Of a DNA stretch of 64,000 nt, positions 12,716-26,911 are shown in pieces. The DNA is from Eledone cirrhosa. Taxonomy: Eukaryota. The stretch's first letter is position 1, and every line of letters begins with the position of its first letter. Where the stretch lies: positions 42,842,001-42,906,000 of the forward strand of contig OZ024741.1 of assembly GCA_964016885.1 (NCBI GenBank), in the 5' to 3' direction. The translations under genes and the position numbers were made by a program. Below the pieces are notes generated by a model. It was not told the origin of the DNA. It made no database searches and saw only the letters and a list, made by a program, of their open reading frames with translations.

Positions 12716-13618
12716 AGAGCGTCGGAGAAATGTGCAGCAGCATAAACCATTATTATTACTTCGATGTATTTACATGCTGGAATTTTAAAAGGCATACTGT
12801 GCGCTAATGTGTGAGCAGATCTATTTCCAGTAACGTTTTCTTTACTGAAACTATGTGGCTACTCAATTCTAACGTTAGCGAGGTGTTCGTATGACTACGA
12901 CTATAACCAACGAATCACTGACGACAATGACACCTCGCTTGTTAATAACAAATTACCCCTCGCTGACCTAGATATGACAGGCTGTTGACTGAGATGCTGT
13001 GTAGTTATAGCATGAATGAATGATGTTTGACTCACTAATATTAATAACAAAACAAATATTATTTTTTCTTTAACGCAAGTATAATATCCGTTCGAAAGTT
13101 AATGGTAAAACCCCTGGAATGATCTGCAACAAGTTTAGCAGACCACTCCACCATAGAACCAATAAATATATATCAGTATATCATATAAAACAACAATCCC
13201 GCCGAGGTTAACTTTGCCTTCATCCTTACGGGGTCGATAAAATAAAGTACCAGTAATGTACTGGGTAATTTCTGGCCTTGTGCCAAACGTAAAAACAATT
13301 ATATCATATAAAACAACGAAATCTGGTTACATCAATTAAAACTCCTGAAAGATTGTCTCAGTTTTTCAAATTCTCAGAGATTCAACATGAAAGAACGTAT
13401 GACATGGCTGATATTTTCAATTACAGGTATAGTCCATCCGATGAGATTTTAGGTCCCGTTTACTCAATTTCATTCGCAAGACTTGAGTCTTTGACCCCGA
13501 GCTATGTTAAATCAATCATGCTGAAGAAGCCATACAGTGAGATCGAACTAGTTCAGGACTAACTGTGAATGCACTTAGATATTTCATTTCTAAAGCATAG
13601 GCCTAGATAAAGATCATT

Positions 13619-13790
13619 TTGGCAGTATCGGTAGAGGGTCGGACGCCATGCTTTGACGCATAGAATTACGGCCCTTGGCATTCTGAGTTCAAATCCCACC
13701 AAGGTTAACTTTGCCTTTCATCCTTACGGGGTCGATAAAATAAAGTACCAGTAATGTACTGGCCTTGTACCAAAAGTAGAAACAATTATT
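13619..13790 (+). mobile_element. tRNA-derived SINE family A
   Basis: TGGCAGTATCGG A-box-like, GAGTTCAAATCC B-box, body as in the other copies, GAAACAATTATT tail. Confidence 0.82.
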
Positions 13791-14601
13791 TTGTGGAAGA
13801 GTAGCAGTTGTCCATGTATGTAAATCTCAATCCACGACACTAATATTGTCCAGAGGAAAGATACAGTTCATACAGATTGGCATGAGTGATGTCGCAGGTG
13901 AACTCAGAGCCGAAATAGATACCGCAAGGCATCATGCCCAACGTTCTATCAATTGGCCTATCCATCGCACTAGACAGGATTGATGCGCTGTTTATCAATC
14001 TATCCGAAAGAATAAAACCGAGGTTGACCTCCGCTTTGATTTGAACTCAAAACGCAGCACAACTGTAAAAATAGTTCTAAGCATTCTACCTGATTTAATT
14101 ACTCCGTTATTTCACTACCTATACATTGATAAGGTAGAGTGCAAACATATATTGATAAGGAAGAGTGTTTTGAGAATTAGACATATCGTAAGATAAAAAT
14201 GCACAAGCATTTCTAGCATAAATATTCTTCTACATTCGAGAATATTTCTGTAATATATAAAATATTCTAGAAATAAAAGTAAGAGGTTCTTCTGAATATA
14301 ACCCTCTGGGTATGTATTTTCTAGTTGATTTGAATACAAAAAAAGCAATTTGTGCAGATGGAATGGCAGAATTGATATTGTTTTAGACATTTTCGAAGTC
14401 GTCAAATCTAAATCTATCTATATATACATATACCTGTGTGTGTATGTACGTGTGTGTGTGTGTGTGCGTGTGTGAGTAGTGGCGTGAAATCACAATCGTA
14501 CAGATAGCGCATTTGTCTTGTTACGTAGATTTATCAATATAGAGAAAGGCATAACAAGAAGAGACAGAGACAGAAAGAAAGAGAGAGGGAGAAAGAAAGA
14601 A

Positions 14602-14661
<60 letters not shown>

Positions 14662-14883
14662 GCATAGAAATGGACATACTGATACAGATAGATAGACGAC
14701 AGAAAAATAGAAAGGTAGTTAAAAAGAAAGATAGAAATACATACATACATTTCCGTTAATTTGCGTGAGTGCAAATGATATAAAACTTGTACCATATCAT
14801 CGTTAATGTCGGAAATGTATTTGCAAACTGGGCAATTTTATGAAAACTGTAAGGAAACAAATTGAGGTTTTGGTAATAAGCTG

Positions 14884-15138
<255 letters not shown>

Positions 15139-16798
15139 GTAAGAGACGATCTGGACCTCTTAAACCACCTCCCCAAACATGTCAACAACGATACTATTAT
15201 TGTGTCTTTCGATGTAGTGAATTTCTACACAACGATCCCACACCAATACGGACTAGAAGCAATAGGATTCTGGCTAGAGAAATATCCCAATGAGATACCT
15301 GACAGAATAGAAAAAAGCTTCATCACCGAGGGATTAAAATTCATCTTACAGAACAACTTTTTTGATTTCTGTGGCAATACTTACAAGCAAATATCGGGGA
15401 CTGCGATGGGTACAAAAGCCGCTCCAACTTATGCCAACTTAGTCATGGCATACTTAGAAGTCCAGATATATGAACAGTCAAAATCAAAATACGGATTGAA
15501 CATCCACAAATATTTATCAGAGAATTGGAAACGCTACTTGGATGATTGCCTCATTCTTTGGTCCCACACACTCGACCAACTGAAGGATTTCAAAAACTTA
15601 ATAAACGGCATCAATAACCACATCCAATTCACAATGGAATACAGCCAAGATCAACTCCCATTTCTGGACATCTTAATCTAAAAAAAGACATAAATATCGA
15701 AACTGACATACACTACAAACCAACAGATTCCAAACAATATCTGCTATTCACCTCCAACCATCCAAAGCACACAAAGACGAACATTCCTTTTAACCTAGCA
15801 AGAAGAATCTGCACAATTGTCTCCAATTATGAAACGCGAAATAAAAGACTTCAAGAATTAAAGGAAATTCTACTCGAGAGAGAGTACCCACTATTACTAA
15901 TAAATAATGGAATAGAAAAGGCTAAAGCAATAGGCATTGATGAATTACGGAAACAGAAACAAATTCAAGGTACGTCCAATATTCTATCATATATCTCAAC
16001 ACACAATCCAAGAAATGCGGAAGCTTACAATACTATTCACAAGAACATCCCACTACTAAAACAAAACCCAAGAATGAAAAAAGCCCTTGAAACACACAAA
16101 ATAACCAAAAGCAAAAGACAACCAAAATCACTGAAAACATTACTCACCAATGCCAAATTACCTACCACAAACCCACAACCAAGTATAAAAAAATGTGGTG
16201 GCTCTAATTGTGGAACCTGCACTCACCTCATTGAAGGCAACACGTATATATTTAAATCAGGACAAAATTTTACTGTAAAAAATCACTTCACTTGCTCATC
16301 AAAAAATCTAATTTATGTCATTAAATGTAAAGGATCAATGAAGATTATATAGGACAAACTAAACTCACACTCAGAAACAGAATGACAGTTCATCGCCAAC
16401 AATTACGAGATCCAACCACGAGACAGATACCACTAAGTGCATATCTAGACATTTGCGCAAGTAATAAGACACCCAAATTCCAAGTCTTCCCATTTTACCT
16501 TTGCGCTAACAATACAACAGAACAAATACGCATAAATAAGGAAAATATGTTTATTCAAAAATACAGACCAGTATTAAATATGGTTTAATATACATTATGT
16601 CAACACCATAACATGACATACACACACACACACACACACATAACACCTTCTAATTTAGAGAATAAAAACCCGAACTAAATAAACCTTAACATACGTTTGC
16701 ACTGACAATACAACAGAACAAATACGAATAAGTAAGGAAAATATGTTCATTCAAAAATATTCCTACTAAAAGAATCATTTTCCTACACACACACACAC

Positions 16799-16843
<45 letters not shown>

Positions 16844-17083
16844 TCTTCATCTTAACATGCTAACCATACTCCCACACACATAACACCCATACACACACAT
16901 AACAAACCCCACACCCACAACTCCCTCCGCCATTTATACTAATAGGACCACTTTCCTACACACATATACACACACAAAATATATATTCTCTCCATCTTAA
17001 CATACTCGCACACACACACATAACACCCATATACACACACACACAACTCCCTCCCCCATTTCTACTAATAGAATCATCTTCCA

Positions 17084-17094
<11 letters not shown>

Positions 17095-17128
<34 letters not shown>

Positions 17129-17750
17129 CAAGCACACAAATAAACACATATCTTTACTTCAATAGAAAATCTGAACTCTGACACCCCAGCGAACTAACCA
17201 TATTCACTGAACCAGAACAAATCTCCCAATCCCATTTCTCTTGACCACTATCTTTCCCTTGTCATAACATTCTCTATAAAGGCTACAGAATAGATTTCCA
17301 AATAAGGGCGCGAAAATGTAATGAAAACTTGTTCACGTGACAGCCAAATTTCATTTATAACCAATCAAATCACGTTTATTTAAAAAAAGCCTTCGTGAGC
17401 CACCTTTTTTTAAAGTAAAAAAATTCAAACACACACACAACACACACACACACAAGCACACAAATAAACATACATATCTTTACTTCCTTTATTCAATAGA
17501 AAATCTGAATTCTGACACCCCAGCGAACTAACCATATTCACTGAACCAGAACAATTCTCCCATCCCTTTCTCTTGACCGTTATCTTTCACTTATCATAAA
17601 ATTCTCTAAACAGGTTACAGAATGGATTTCCAAATAAGGGCACGAAAATTTAATGAAAACTTGTTCACGTGACAGCCATAATTTCATTTATAACCAGCCA
17701 AAATAAGCCTTCGTGAGGTCCTTTTTTCAAGTAAAAAGAAATTCAAACAC
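17095..17750 (+). repeat. ~330-bp diverged tandem duplication inside the PLE 3'UTR
   Basis: CAATAGAAAATCTGAA..CTGACACCCCAGCGAACTAACC..GAAAACTTGTTCACGTGACAGCC occurs twice. Confidence 0.85.
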
Positions 17751-17964
17751 TCATATATGAAAAAACAACCTGTGACAAACCCCCCTCTTATTTGAAGAAC
17801 TATTGTAACGCGAACTGGCGCAACATTTATTATAATTATTGACAAACCAATCAAATTACTTCTCGAAAAACCTGGCATTTCGAGCCACTTTTTCCATATA
17901 AAACAAGTAATATTCAGAGACCAACCAGATGTGAGAAAAACCACAGACCCTCCATCTCAAATCA

Positions 17965-18002
17965 CCTTTTGAAAAGCAGAAGAACTGCGAAACCGGTAAA
18001 GG
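17965..18002 (+). ncRNA. Minimal type I hammerhead (U3-A8 variant)
   Basis: CCTT-TTGAAAA-GCAG AAGAA CTGC-GAAA-CCGG-TA|AAGG; palindromic ACCGGT stem III, GUA triplet. Confidence 0.8.
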
Positions 18003-18132
18003 AACCAAATAAATATATATATTTAAAAAAAAATAAGACTCCAGTTGCATTTTCGATTTCATCTCTTTTTCTTTATACTTTCACTCGTGTAGGACACCTC
18101 GGTTATTTTTCAATTTGTAAAAAAAACCTCAC

Positions 18133-18208
<76 letters not shown>

Positions 18209-19000
18209 TTCGTTTCTGAATTTGTTTAGCAAGATTCTTTATCTGAAAACGCGCGTTGAAACCGATATTGTTATACTTTGGGAGGGTCATGTTGCCAATA
18301 AGAAACACACGCACCAGTTACTTTCACTTCAATTTATCATAAATTAAATTTATAAATTTAGGAATTTATAAATATCCGGTTGGTTGGTTGGTTCAACAAC
18401 CAGACGATTGTTCATATATTGTCAAAGTTCTTTCGTCACACATTCTGTGACCTCTTCAGTGACTGGGGATTCTTTTCTTTGTTTTTGTGCCTCTCCTTTG
18501 TTCTGTCCTACGCCATCTTGTTTTTGTGTGTGTTGTGTGGTTAGTTTGCGCATGTGTTACATCCGGGTGTCTGTGTGTGTTTATATTTGTTTATTTATTT
18601 GTTTATTTACATGTTACTGGTTGGTTGTTTTTTCTATGTGTGTGTGTGTTTTCATTTTGTCCTTAATTGTAAGTTGTGATGTTGCTATTCCATACATGCT
18701 TTCTATTTAATTTTGGTTGGAGTTCATTTATGTTTATTGCCTCTGTGATTTATCTAAACATTTTTTTTTATTTTTTATTTTCATTTTTTTTACCTGTTTC
18801 AGCCATCCGGCTGAGACCGCGTATTTTCTGTGTGTAGATTCTATTTTTATTTCTATGTTCTCTAATTTACCCTTATTTTAGCATGTTGGCAGAGTACAGA
18901 TGATTCTTTACTATCTTGAAGCTCTCGCCAGTGTTCATTTATCCGTTCTCCTATACTACGTGCTGTCTCACCTATGTATACTATATTCTTATCTCTATAT
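18209..19000 (-). mobile_element. Decayed PLE 3' end (GIY-YIG tail + pLTR)
   Basis: Minus strand reads KNIVYIGETARSIGERINEH and ITEAININELQPKLNRK; hammerhead at 18421-18463. Confidence 0.8.
18421..18463 (-). ncRNA. Minimal type I hammerhead (slightly degenerate)
   Basis: GTCA-CTGAAGA-G-GTCACA GAATG TGTGAC-GAAA-GAAC-TT-TGAC. Confidence 0.7.
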
Positions 19001-19235
19001 AGATGGGAGCGTGGCTTTTTTCCTGTTGCCGCCGTCGCCGTGGTGGTGTCATCGCTAGTCTTGTTGTTGTTATTGGTGTTACCAATGGCTTAATACTGAC
19101 ATAGATGATACCACCGCTACTGCGACGAACGGGATAGGTGATGGGCGGTGTTGGTGTTTGTTGTCGTTGTCATTGTTGTTGTTACTCTTTATGGTCATGG
19201 TGATTGATACCACCAACTCTGTGTACCCACCTACC

Positions 19236-19553
19236 TAGGGAGTGGAGGTCAGAGGAGAACATCGCTGATCCGCGATGTTCTCCTCCCACCTCCACTTCCT
19301 AACTGGCGCGAGCGCGTTGGCAGTCAGCTGAAGACATGGGCAGCGACGATCAAGGAGGACCTCTCCGAACTCTCAGGTCCGCAGGTGGTCGGCCTGCGCC
19401 GATGGAACCGTGACTGGCTCGCTATCTCCAGTGACCTAGCCCGGGACCGTCGTGCGTCGGCTGCCATGGTTCGGGATGCCGTGAGGACAAGGGAAGAAGC
19501 TGGCTAAACCCGTCCAGGGTGAATGTCGACACAAGTACAAGTACAAGTAAGTA
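19236..19553 (+). mobile_element. Short RTE-type 3' end with (CAAGTA)n tail and 5' fold-back
   Basis: Reads GSQLKTWAATIKEDL..DW..DLARDR; CAAGTA repeats at the 3' end; GGAGAACATCGC/GCGATGTTCTCC inverted repeat at the 5' end. Confidence 0.65.
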
Positions 19554-20307
19554 CCTCTAAACTCCTTTGTATTGCTTTGGCGTTATCGTTGTTTACGATC
19601 AACAGGGTGGTACCGTCACTACGAATACTACGACCTGTATACACGACGCTGGTCTGTGTTTTTGCTGTTGATGTCGTTTGTTGCTGTTGTCGTTGTAAGT
19701 GTTTTTACTGTAGCTGTTGTTTTACTTGTTGTTGTCAATAGGGTGATGGTAACAGCACGACTATTGCGACCAGTGTGAATAACTTTGGTCGGCGGTTTGA
19801 TGTTATTGTCATTGTTGTTGTGTAGTTGTCATTGTCGTTGTTGTTGTCTATAGATGTCCGTCGACTAAATGTATACCCCACCCCCCTCAGAGCTCCTTGT
19901 GTTCCTTCAACTATCTACTGGGTTTTGGTTGCACACAATTCTTCGTTCTTTTCGTCTTTTTTCGGTGATAGCTTTTTCTAACAAATACGACGGCTGGCAA
20001 ACCCTTCAAGGAACTCATATGTATCCTGGGCGTACAGGCATTAGGATGTGTGTTTTCCTGCCATTGACATATCAAATATAACGATTTTCATCTGAAGAAA
20101 CCGTTCTCTTAACCAACAGCTAATGCATGAAGGACATCTCGATTGCATGGAGAACCGTAGAAATAATTATTATGATTAAACGATATATGTAACCTCAGCG
20201 TCTTATTTTATTATTTTTATAAATTTCTCCATCGTAACTAAAACAACGATTGATGAGAGCTTTCTCCTGCTTACTCCTGTTTTTACCAAAGCAATCTTAT
20301 CCGAACA

Positions 20308-20348
<41 letters not shown>

Positions 20349-20350
<2 letters not shown>

Positions 20351-20552
20351 AAAAAGTATGACCCCGGCGGCAGAGCTCAAACCGTTTCGACGGCTATTTC
20401 TGGACTAGAAATAGTAATCCAGAAATAGCCGTCGAAACGGCTTGAGCTCTGCCGTCGGTGTCATACTTTTTCCTATTACCCACTCTACTACCCTAAGTAT
20501 TGAGTACTCTGGTGCGTTATGGTCCATCTGGTTACTTACCACATCTCCTTCG

Positions 20553-20555
<3 letters not shown>
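20349..20555 (+). mobile_element. Fold-back mini-insertion of the Naiad pLTR/tail family in (TA)n
   Basis: Similar to 12260-12390; first ~57 bp is the inverted copy of ~20417-20475. Confidence 0.85.
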
Positions 20556-20600
<45 letters not shown>

Positions 20601-20949
20601 GTAAGTTTGAAGAACAGTCAGATTAAATATATCTAATTTTTCTTCTCCCTAGTCCGTAGAAATTAACTAGATAAGTAATCATTTAAACGGAGCTAAGTTT
20701 AAAATGTAACTTCGAAGAAATAACAGATAAATTATACAGATTATCCCCCGCGAGGAACAGTCAGATAAAATTTACCCTGTCTTTCTTCTTAGCCCGTAGA
20801 AATTAACTAGACAAATAATCAATTAAACGGAGTTATATAGCTCTGATTAATAATTATTTGCTTAATTAATTTTTTCATTGAGCCACACTGTGGCTCGTAT
20901 ATGTATCTGTGACTATGTCTAAATATATACCTATATATCCCTATGAATT

Positions 20950-20981
<32 letters not shown>

Positions 20982-21587
20982 GTAGTTGTGTAACTAATCC
21001 ATTTATCGGTTAGTTTCACAACTGAGTGGTTGTTTAATTGGTAATTGTCAAAGCTTTTTAGTCACACAGACTGTCACCTTATAGGCCCGTAAACATAGCG
21101 CTTGACTTAAGAAACATTGATAACATTTGAAATGTGCCTGTCTCAACGAGCCTTTGTTCACTTTATCCCTCTACGATTTTCTCAACTATTATTTATAGTC
21201 ATCGTCTATTATCCTGGCCATTTGCGTACTTACATACTCATCCTTCAAATTTTCCTAAAGCTTCTTCAGTCCACCCTATTTGTTTATATACATATAAAGT
21301 TGAAACCTGTTCCAATCCCGGAGGCTCATCGGTCTGGAGTTTCTCCTAGGTATAATCAGTGTTTAAGTGACTGAGAGTATAAAACTCCCTCCTAGTCCAT
21401 TGTAAAGTTAACAACCAGCTACAGCTGCTGGTATTCATTGTAAATTTATTTGACTGATATGAAGTATTTTGATCAAGAACATATTACGTTTACCGTTCCA
21501 GAAAGACACGACACAACTATCTTAAAACCATTAGGCTGCGCGCCTTCACACACATATATACACACACAAACACGCACACACATACTC

Positions 21588-21625
<38 letters not shown>

Positions 21626-21635
21626 TATTCTATAT

Positions 21636-21790
21636 CAGGGGTCCCTAACCTTTTGGGTCCACGGGTCGGATAGCCATGGAGCAACGGCTCCGCGGGCCGG
21701 ATGCGCAATTAATACTACTTATATACAAATAAGTAATCATTTATTTATCCCTTATGTTAGATTTGAAACAAAATTCAATATTGATACTTA
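21636..21790 (+). mobile_element. Probable hAT (Charlie-like) terminal fragment
   Basis: Begins CAGGGGTCCCTAACC and contains GCGGGCCGGAT, as in hAT MITE ends; no matching 3' TIR seen. Confidence 0.45.
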
Positions 21791-22865
21791 GAGCTGTTCC
21801 AGGCAGAAAAATACATTTAAACATTGTTTTATTCGGCAATATCGACAGATCGGGTGCGAATTTATATATATAATATATGTGTGTGTATGTGGGGGGGGGG
21901 GGGGGGGTGTATGTATGTATGTGTGTGTGTGTGGAGATAGAAAGAGAGTAGAGAGAGTATAAACATATCGAATAATATAGAATCTATATTATTCGATATG
22001 TTTATACTCTCTCTCTCTACTCTCTCTCTACTCTCTCTCTCTCTACACACACACTTACACACACACATATATACATACATACATACATACATACACACAC
22101 ATAACCACACACACACACTTACTTATATATATGTATGTAAAACGCTTGATATAGCAGGAAGAGGGTCTTAACATTTCGGACGCTAGTCCTTAATCAGAAG
22201 AAAGAATGAGAAATAAGATAGATTAAGGGGACGGGCGAGTTGCAATTGGAAAAAATGTCTTTAGATAAAAATAACAGGTCCATTCATGTTGACATCTCTT
22301 GGAAAACTGTTGGTGTTGGTGTTTTGTGTAGCCAAGTATAAAGTGATTGGACAGATCTGTGAGGAAAAGCAGGACTGTCCAGTTTTCTTCATATGTAGCA
22401 CCATGTCTATTAATAAAAGTCATTTAATGTCTATCAATAATATGTCATTTCCAAATTTGGCTACTGTTCCTAGCAGATAAAGTGACCTTGTGAAACATTT
22501 AAATGTCTCTAAGTCTAAATTTATTCCCTTCATGTTGTGTAATCTTCCTCTAAGCAGCTTGATTGCTATGAAATATTGATGATGAGATGCATTACAGAGA
22601 AGGCTCAAACATGTACGAGAGGTTATTTGTCATTATATCACAGTTTCTGGTATTTCTAATCAGAATTAGATATTCTGCACGACCATTTACCAAAAGTATA
22701 TTTCTTAATTCTTCACACAAATATATATATATATATGTGTGTGAGTGTGTGTGAGTGTGTATATGTGTGTGTGAGTGAGTGAGTGAGTGAGTGAGTGAGT
22801 GTGTGTGTGTGTGTGTGTCTGTGTGTGTGTGTGTGTGTATAACGTAGTATCAGCTAATATATAAT

Positions 22866-23052
22866 TGTTTCTACTTTAGGCACAAGGCCAGCAATTACCC
22901 AGTGCATTACTGGTACTTTATTTTATCGACCCCGTAAGGATGAAAGGCAAAGTCAACCTCGACGGGATTTGAACTCAGATCGTAAAGGGACGTAACTATG
23001 CTGGAAAGCATGGCGTCCGACCCTCTACCGATACTGCCAATCCACCACCCCA
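22866..23052 (-). mobile_element. Full-length tRNA-derived SINE family A with 17-bp TSD
   Basis: TSD ATCAGCTAATATATAAT at 22849-22865 and 23053-23069; A- and B-box-like motifs on the minus strand. Confidence 0.9.
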
Positions 23053-23749
23053 ATCAGCTAATATATAATGCTCTTGTGTACGTCATGCAAAGGGAGTTAA
23101 CTCATCTGTGTTTCAGTAAACATATATAAATATATACATATACATAAACATATACATTATACAAAATAAGGATTACATACACGCACATCTATGTGATGAG
23201 TATGGTAGGAAGGGGGCTGTGACAAAATATAGAAAACAGACAACAGTGTTAGCTACACCTGTGTTACTCATACATATAAATGCATACGTATGCACACACA
23301 CACGCACACACACACACACACATATGTGTGTGCATGTAATAATTATTTTCCCTGAGTCTGTTTTCATGTATGTTTGTGTAGATGTGTGTGTATGTAATAA
23401 TTATTTTTAACTAGTGTTCTTAGATTGGCTACACATTTGTGAGTGTATGTGAGTGAGTGTTTGTGTGTGTGAGTGTATGTGTGTGAGTGTTTGTGTGTGT
23501 GAGTGCATGTGAGAGTGAGTGTTTGTGTCTATGTGTTGTTCAAGGAGCCAAGTCACTAGCAATATCGAAATATATTAAAATTATCAAGAATATAAAATGA
23601 CCGCAGATGAAAGCTATATACAAATACTCATCTACCCTTTAGCCGTCATTTTTGACGGCATGGGGCCAGCTAGTAGTTGATAGTAGTTAACCTGAAGCAT
23701 TGTAGGATATGTTATAATTGATGAAAACTTCAGAAAGCCTTAACACTGT

Positions 23750-23788
<39 letters not shown>

Positions 23789-23921
23789 ATATTTTGGGAG
23801 GGTCATGTTGCCAATAAGAAACACACAAATTCAGAAACGAAATATATATATAAGTATTGAAATTTCCGTTGGAAACAGAAAAGGTCATAGAAGTGAAGAG
23901 TGCTCTATGTAAGTATCAGAG

Positions 23922-23970
<49 letters not shown>

Positions 23971-25028
23971 TATTGTAAAATCCTTGGTTCAGTTAGGTAT
24001 ATTTGAAAAAAAAGGAAAATAATGACTTCACTTGCAGGTCTAAATAATTTTATTTAATTTAATAATATTATAATATTATATTATGAGTTGGTAGAATATT
24101 ATAAAATTTAATCAAATTATTTTGAACTACAAGTGAAGTAATTCTTTTACTTTTTTTCAAATATATATGTATATATAAAATATATATATGTATATATATA
24201 TACATATGTATATATATATATATCAGTTCTGGGTAGATCGAAAATCCTGTTGAAAAACTGAATCCTCCGTTCGATCATGAATACCACGAGCTTGCCAGTC
24301 ACGTAAGTCTGATATTTGATTTCGGATTCAAAGAAACACTTTAAACGATTAATCGTTTGATTTGTCCAGGTGTATTTTTCTCAACCTGTTAGTTCTATCG
24401 TTCATTTGGTATAGTATTGTGTGTTAGATTTGCCTACCACAATGTTCGATTTGTCAAGGTATTTAAACGTATGTTATTACTCTAAGGCCCTAACTTATCG
24501 AGTGCTTTGCTAACTCATCTTTTCATATAAGTAGACCGAATTTACTTGCATCAGGAATCTGGGTCTCAAAAAATAAATATGGTATTTATAGCTCTCTTCA
24601 GGTGGTAGGAGAGGGTAGGGAGTGGGATCGGTAGAGGTCATTGGTTGATAGAAAAGGGAATTCATTAAAAGCTAATTCTTTAAAGCTATAATTTATATTT
24701 AGAGTAACAAAGGCAGAAAGAATTCTATAAACAAGTTCAGAATGGGATGCCACACCTTATTTTTAAGTTTCTCTTAAGCTAACAATGCCTATATTTCAGG
24801 TGTCTATAAGATCGTTGGGGGTCAGTCAGGGTTGATGGATTTAAAGAAAAGGGAAATTCTTTAAAAGCTAATTTTTTAAGGTTCTACTTAGAGGGAAAAG
24901 GCCTAGAGAATTCTAAAGACCAGTTCAAAATATTGAGTGCCTATCATACCATTATCTTCAAGTATCTCTTAAGCTATATTCCAAATGTCAACAGACACAT
25001 TCAGAAACACACACATTCACCCCCCCCC

Positions 25029-25029
<1 letters not shown>

Positions 25030-25080
<51 letters not shown>

Positions 25081-25155
25081 CATACACACATGTACACACA
25101 CATATATATATATATATATACATATACACATATATATATATACATACACACATGT

Positions 25156-25252
<97 letters not shown>

Positions 25253-25297
25253 CATATATATATGCATATATATATACATATACATACATACACACAT

Positions 25298-25338
<41 letters not shown>

Positions 25339-25447
25339 TACACATATACATATATATATACATATACACACATACACACATACATACATATACATACATA
25401 CACACACATATATATATACATATATACACATATACACGTATGCATAT

Positions 25448-25494
<47 letters not shown>

Positions 25495-25707
25495 CTTATA
25501 CACAGATACACACATACATACATACATACATATACACATACATATATACACATATATACATATATATATAAATATATTTACATATATATATATATATATA
25601 CAAATATATATACATATATACACATATATACACACACATATATACACACATATACATATATATACACTCATACACATATATATATACACACACACACACA
25701 TATATAT

Positions 25708-25741
<34 letters not shown>

Positions 25742-25970
25742 GCATAAAAATTACATGAATCAAAGTTCTGTTTAAATCATTTATTTGCTTACAATTGTTT
25801 CTTTTCTATATATGTGTGTATATATATATGTGTGTATGTATGTATATGCATGTATGTGTGTATGTGTGTATATGTATATATATATATGTGTATGTGTATA
25901 GTATATATATGTGTATATGTATATGTGTGTATGTATGTATATGTATACATATATATATATATATATATTA
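25030..25970. repeat. Long compound (TA)n/(CA)n/(TG)n microsatellite field
   Basis: Direct repeat runs; ORFs are low-complexity artefacts. Confidence 0.97.
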
Positions 25971-26867
25971 CACAAAGAGATGTGTGTAAAGAATTATTAC
26001 GAGTGTTTTTACCGTTACTGTATAGGAAATTCTCTATTTCTTCTTTGAGCTAATACTATTATTATTATTACAGTGGACTGCGGAATACTCTTAATTCCGA
26101 TCTTTGTATACTTAATGAGCTCCAATTTGTTGATCTAATAAATTCGAATGGTTGGGCTGCACTTTCTAGTGTCTTCCCCTATCCATGAGAGCCGTTATTT
26201 GATGCAAAAAACACGTGATTTCGCCCTACTCTGGCCAGGGTGTCTATTAGCAATCTCTCTATCCATGAGGTTAGATGTGTAGTGTTCAATGCTCGCATTT
26301 GCTGACTGAGGATCCTGTGACCTGATACTTCACATATAGGTGGTGAAATGAAGCGAGATTCGTATCAGCAAAATATAGTTATAAGGTTTGTGATTTAAAA
26401 CTAATCCAGAGATTTGATTCTGAATTGGTTTTTTTCTATTTAATTGTTAACCTGTACATATTGTTCCCTATACAGTAACGGTAAAAACACTCGTAATAAT
26501 TCTTTACACACATCTCACTGTGTAACACACTTCTCTTTGTGTAATATATACTTGCATTTGAGCTCAGAAGGAAATTCTCTATTTCTTCTTTGCGCTAATA
26601 CTCTTATTATTATTACAGTGAACTGCGGAATAGAAGGTGTTAAATGTATATCCTAGGATACCGATTTCGATTTTTAAGATTATCAAGGAAAATGTGATAC
26701 AATTTATGTACGGTTTTCTATGATATGACCACCTTAGTTATCAATGGAGGATGACAGTCTATTCTTACTAACACGAATATGATGTGTCGAAGATATTACA
26801 TACATACAAACATAAATACATACACAAAAACACACACACATACATAGTCACACACACTGCCCTCTCC

Positions 26868-26905
<38 letters not shown>

Positions 26906-26911
<6 letters not shown>

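Larger units (their letters stand above)
15139..18137 (+). mobile_element. 5'-truncated, decayed Neptune-type PLE (RT + GIY-YIG remnants 15139-16588, long 3'UTR, hammerhead)
   Basis: SFDVVNFYTTIP, GTAMGTKAAPTYANL, WKRYLDD, LPFLD; KCGGSNCGTC linker; NLIYVIKC..YIGQT..R..VHR; frameshifts and stops; bounded by microsatellites. Confidence 0.88.

Noticed and set aside
13353-13562. Possible terminal coding exon after TTACAG
   Set aside because: Short, unrecognisable peptide with no supporting upstream exons.
14750-14860. Exon-like minus-strand segment with a strong acceptor (TTTGTTTCCTTACAG) and GTATGT donor
   Set aside because: Stops in all three frames and no partner exons identified; a non-coding exon cannot be excluded.
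22166-22200. Hammerhead-like motif on the minus strand (CTGATTA..GAAA), with similar relics near 37110-37160 and 37350-37425
   Set aside because: Core or stem positions are mutated; probably dead PLE relics, so not called functional.
24933-26053. Long YI/TH/VC-rich ORFs (also 387-736, 14756-15188, 35367-36098)
   Set aside because: Translations of dinucleotide microsatellites.
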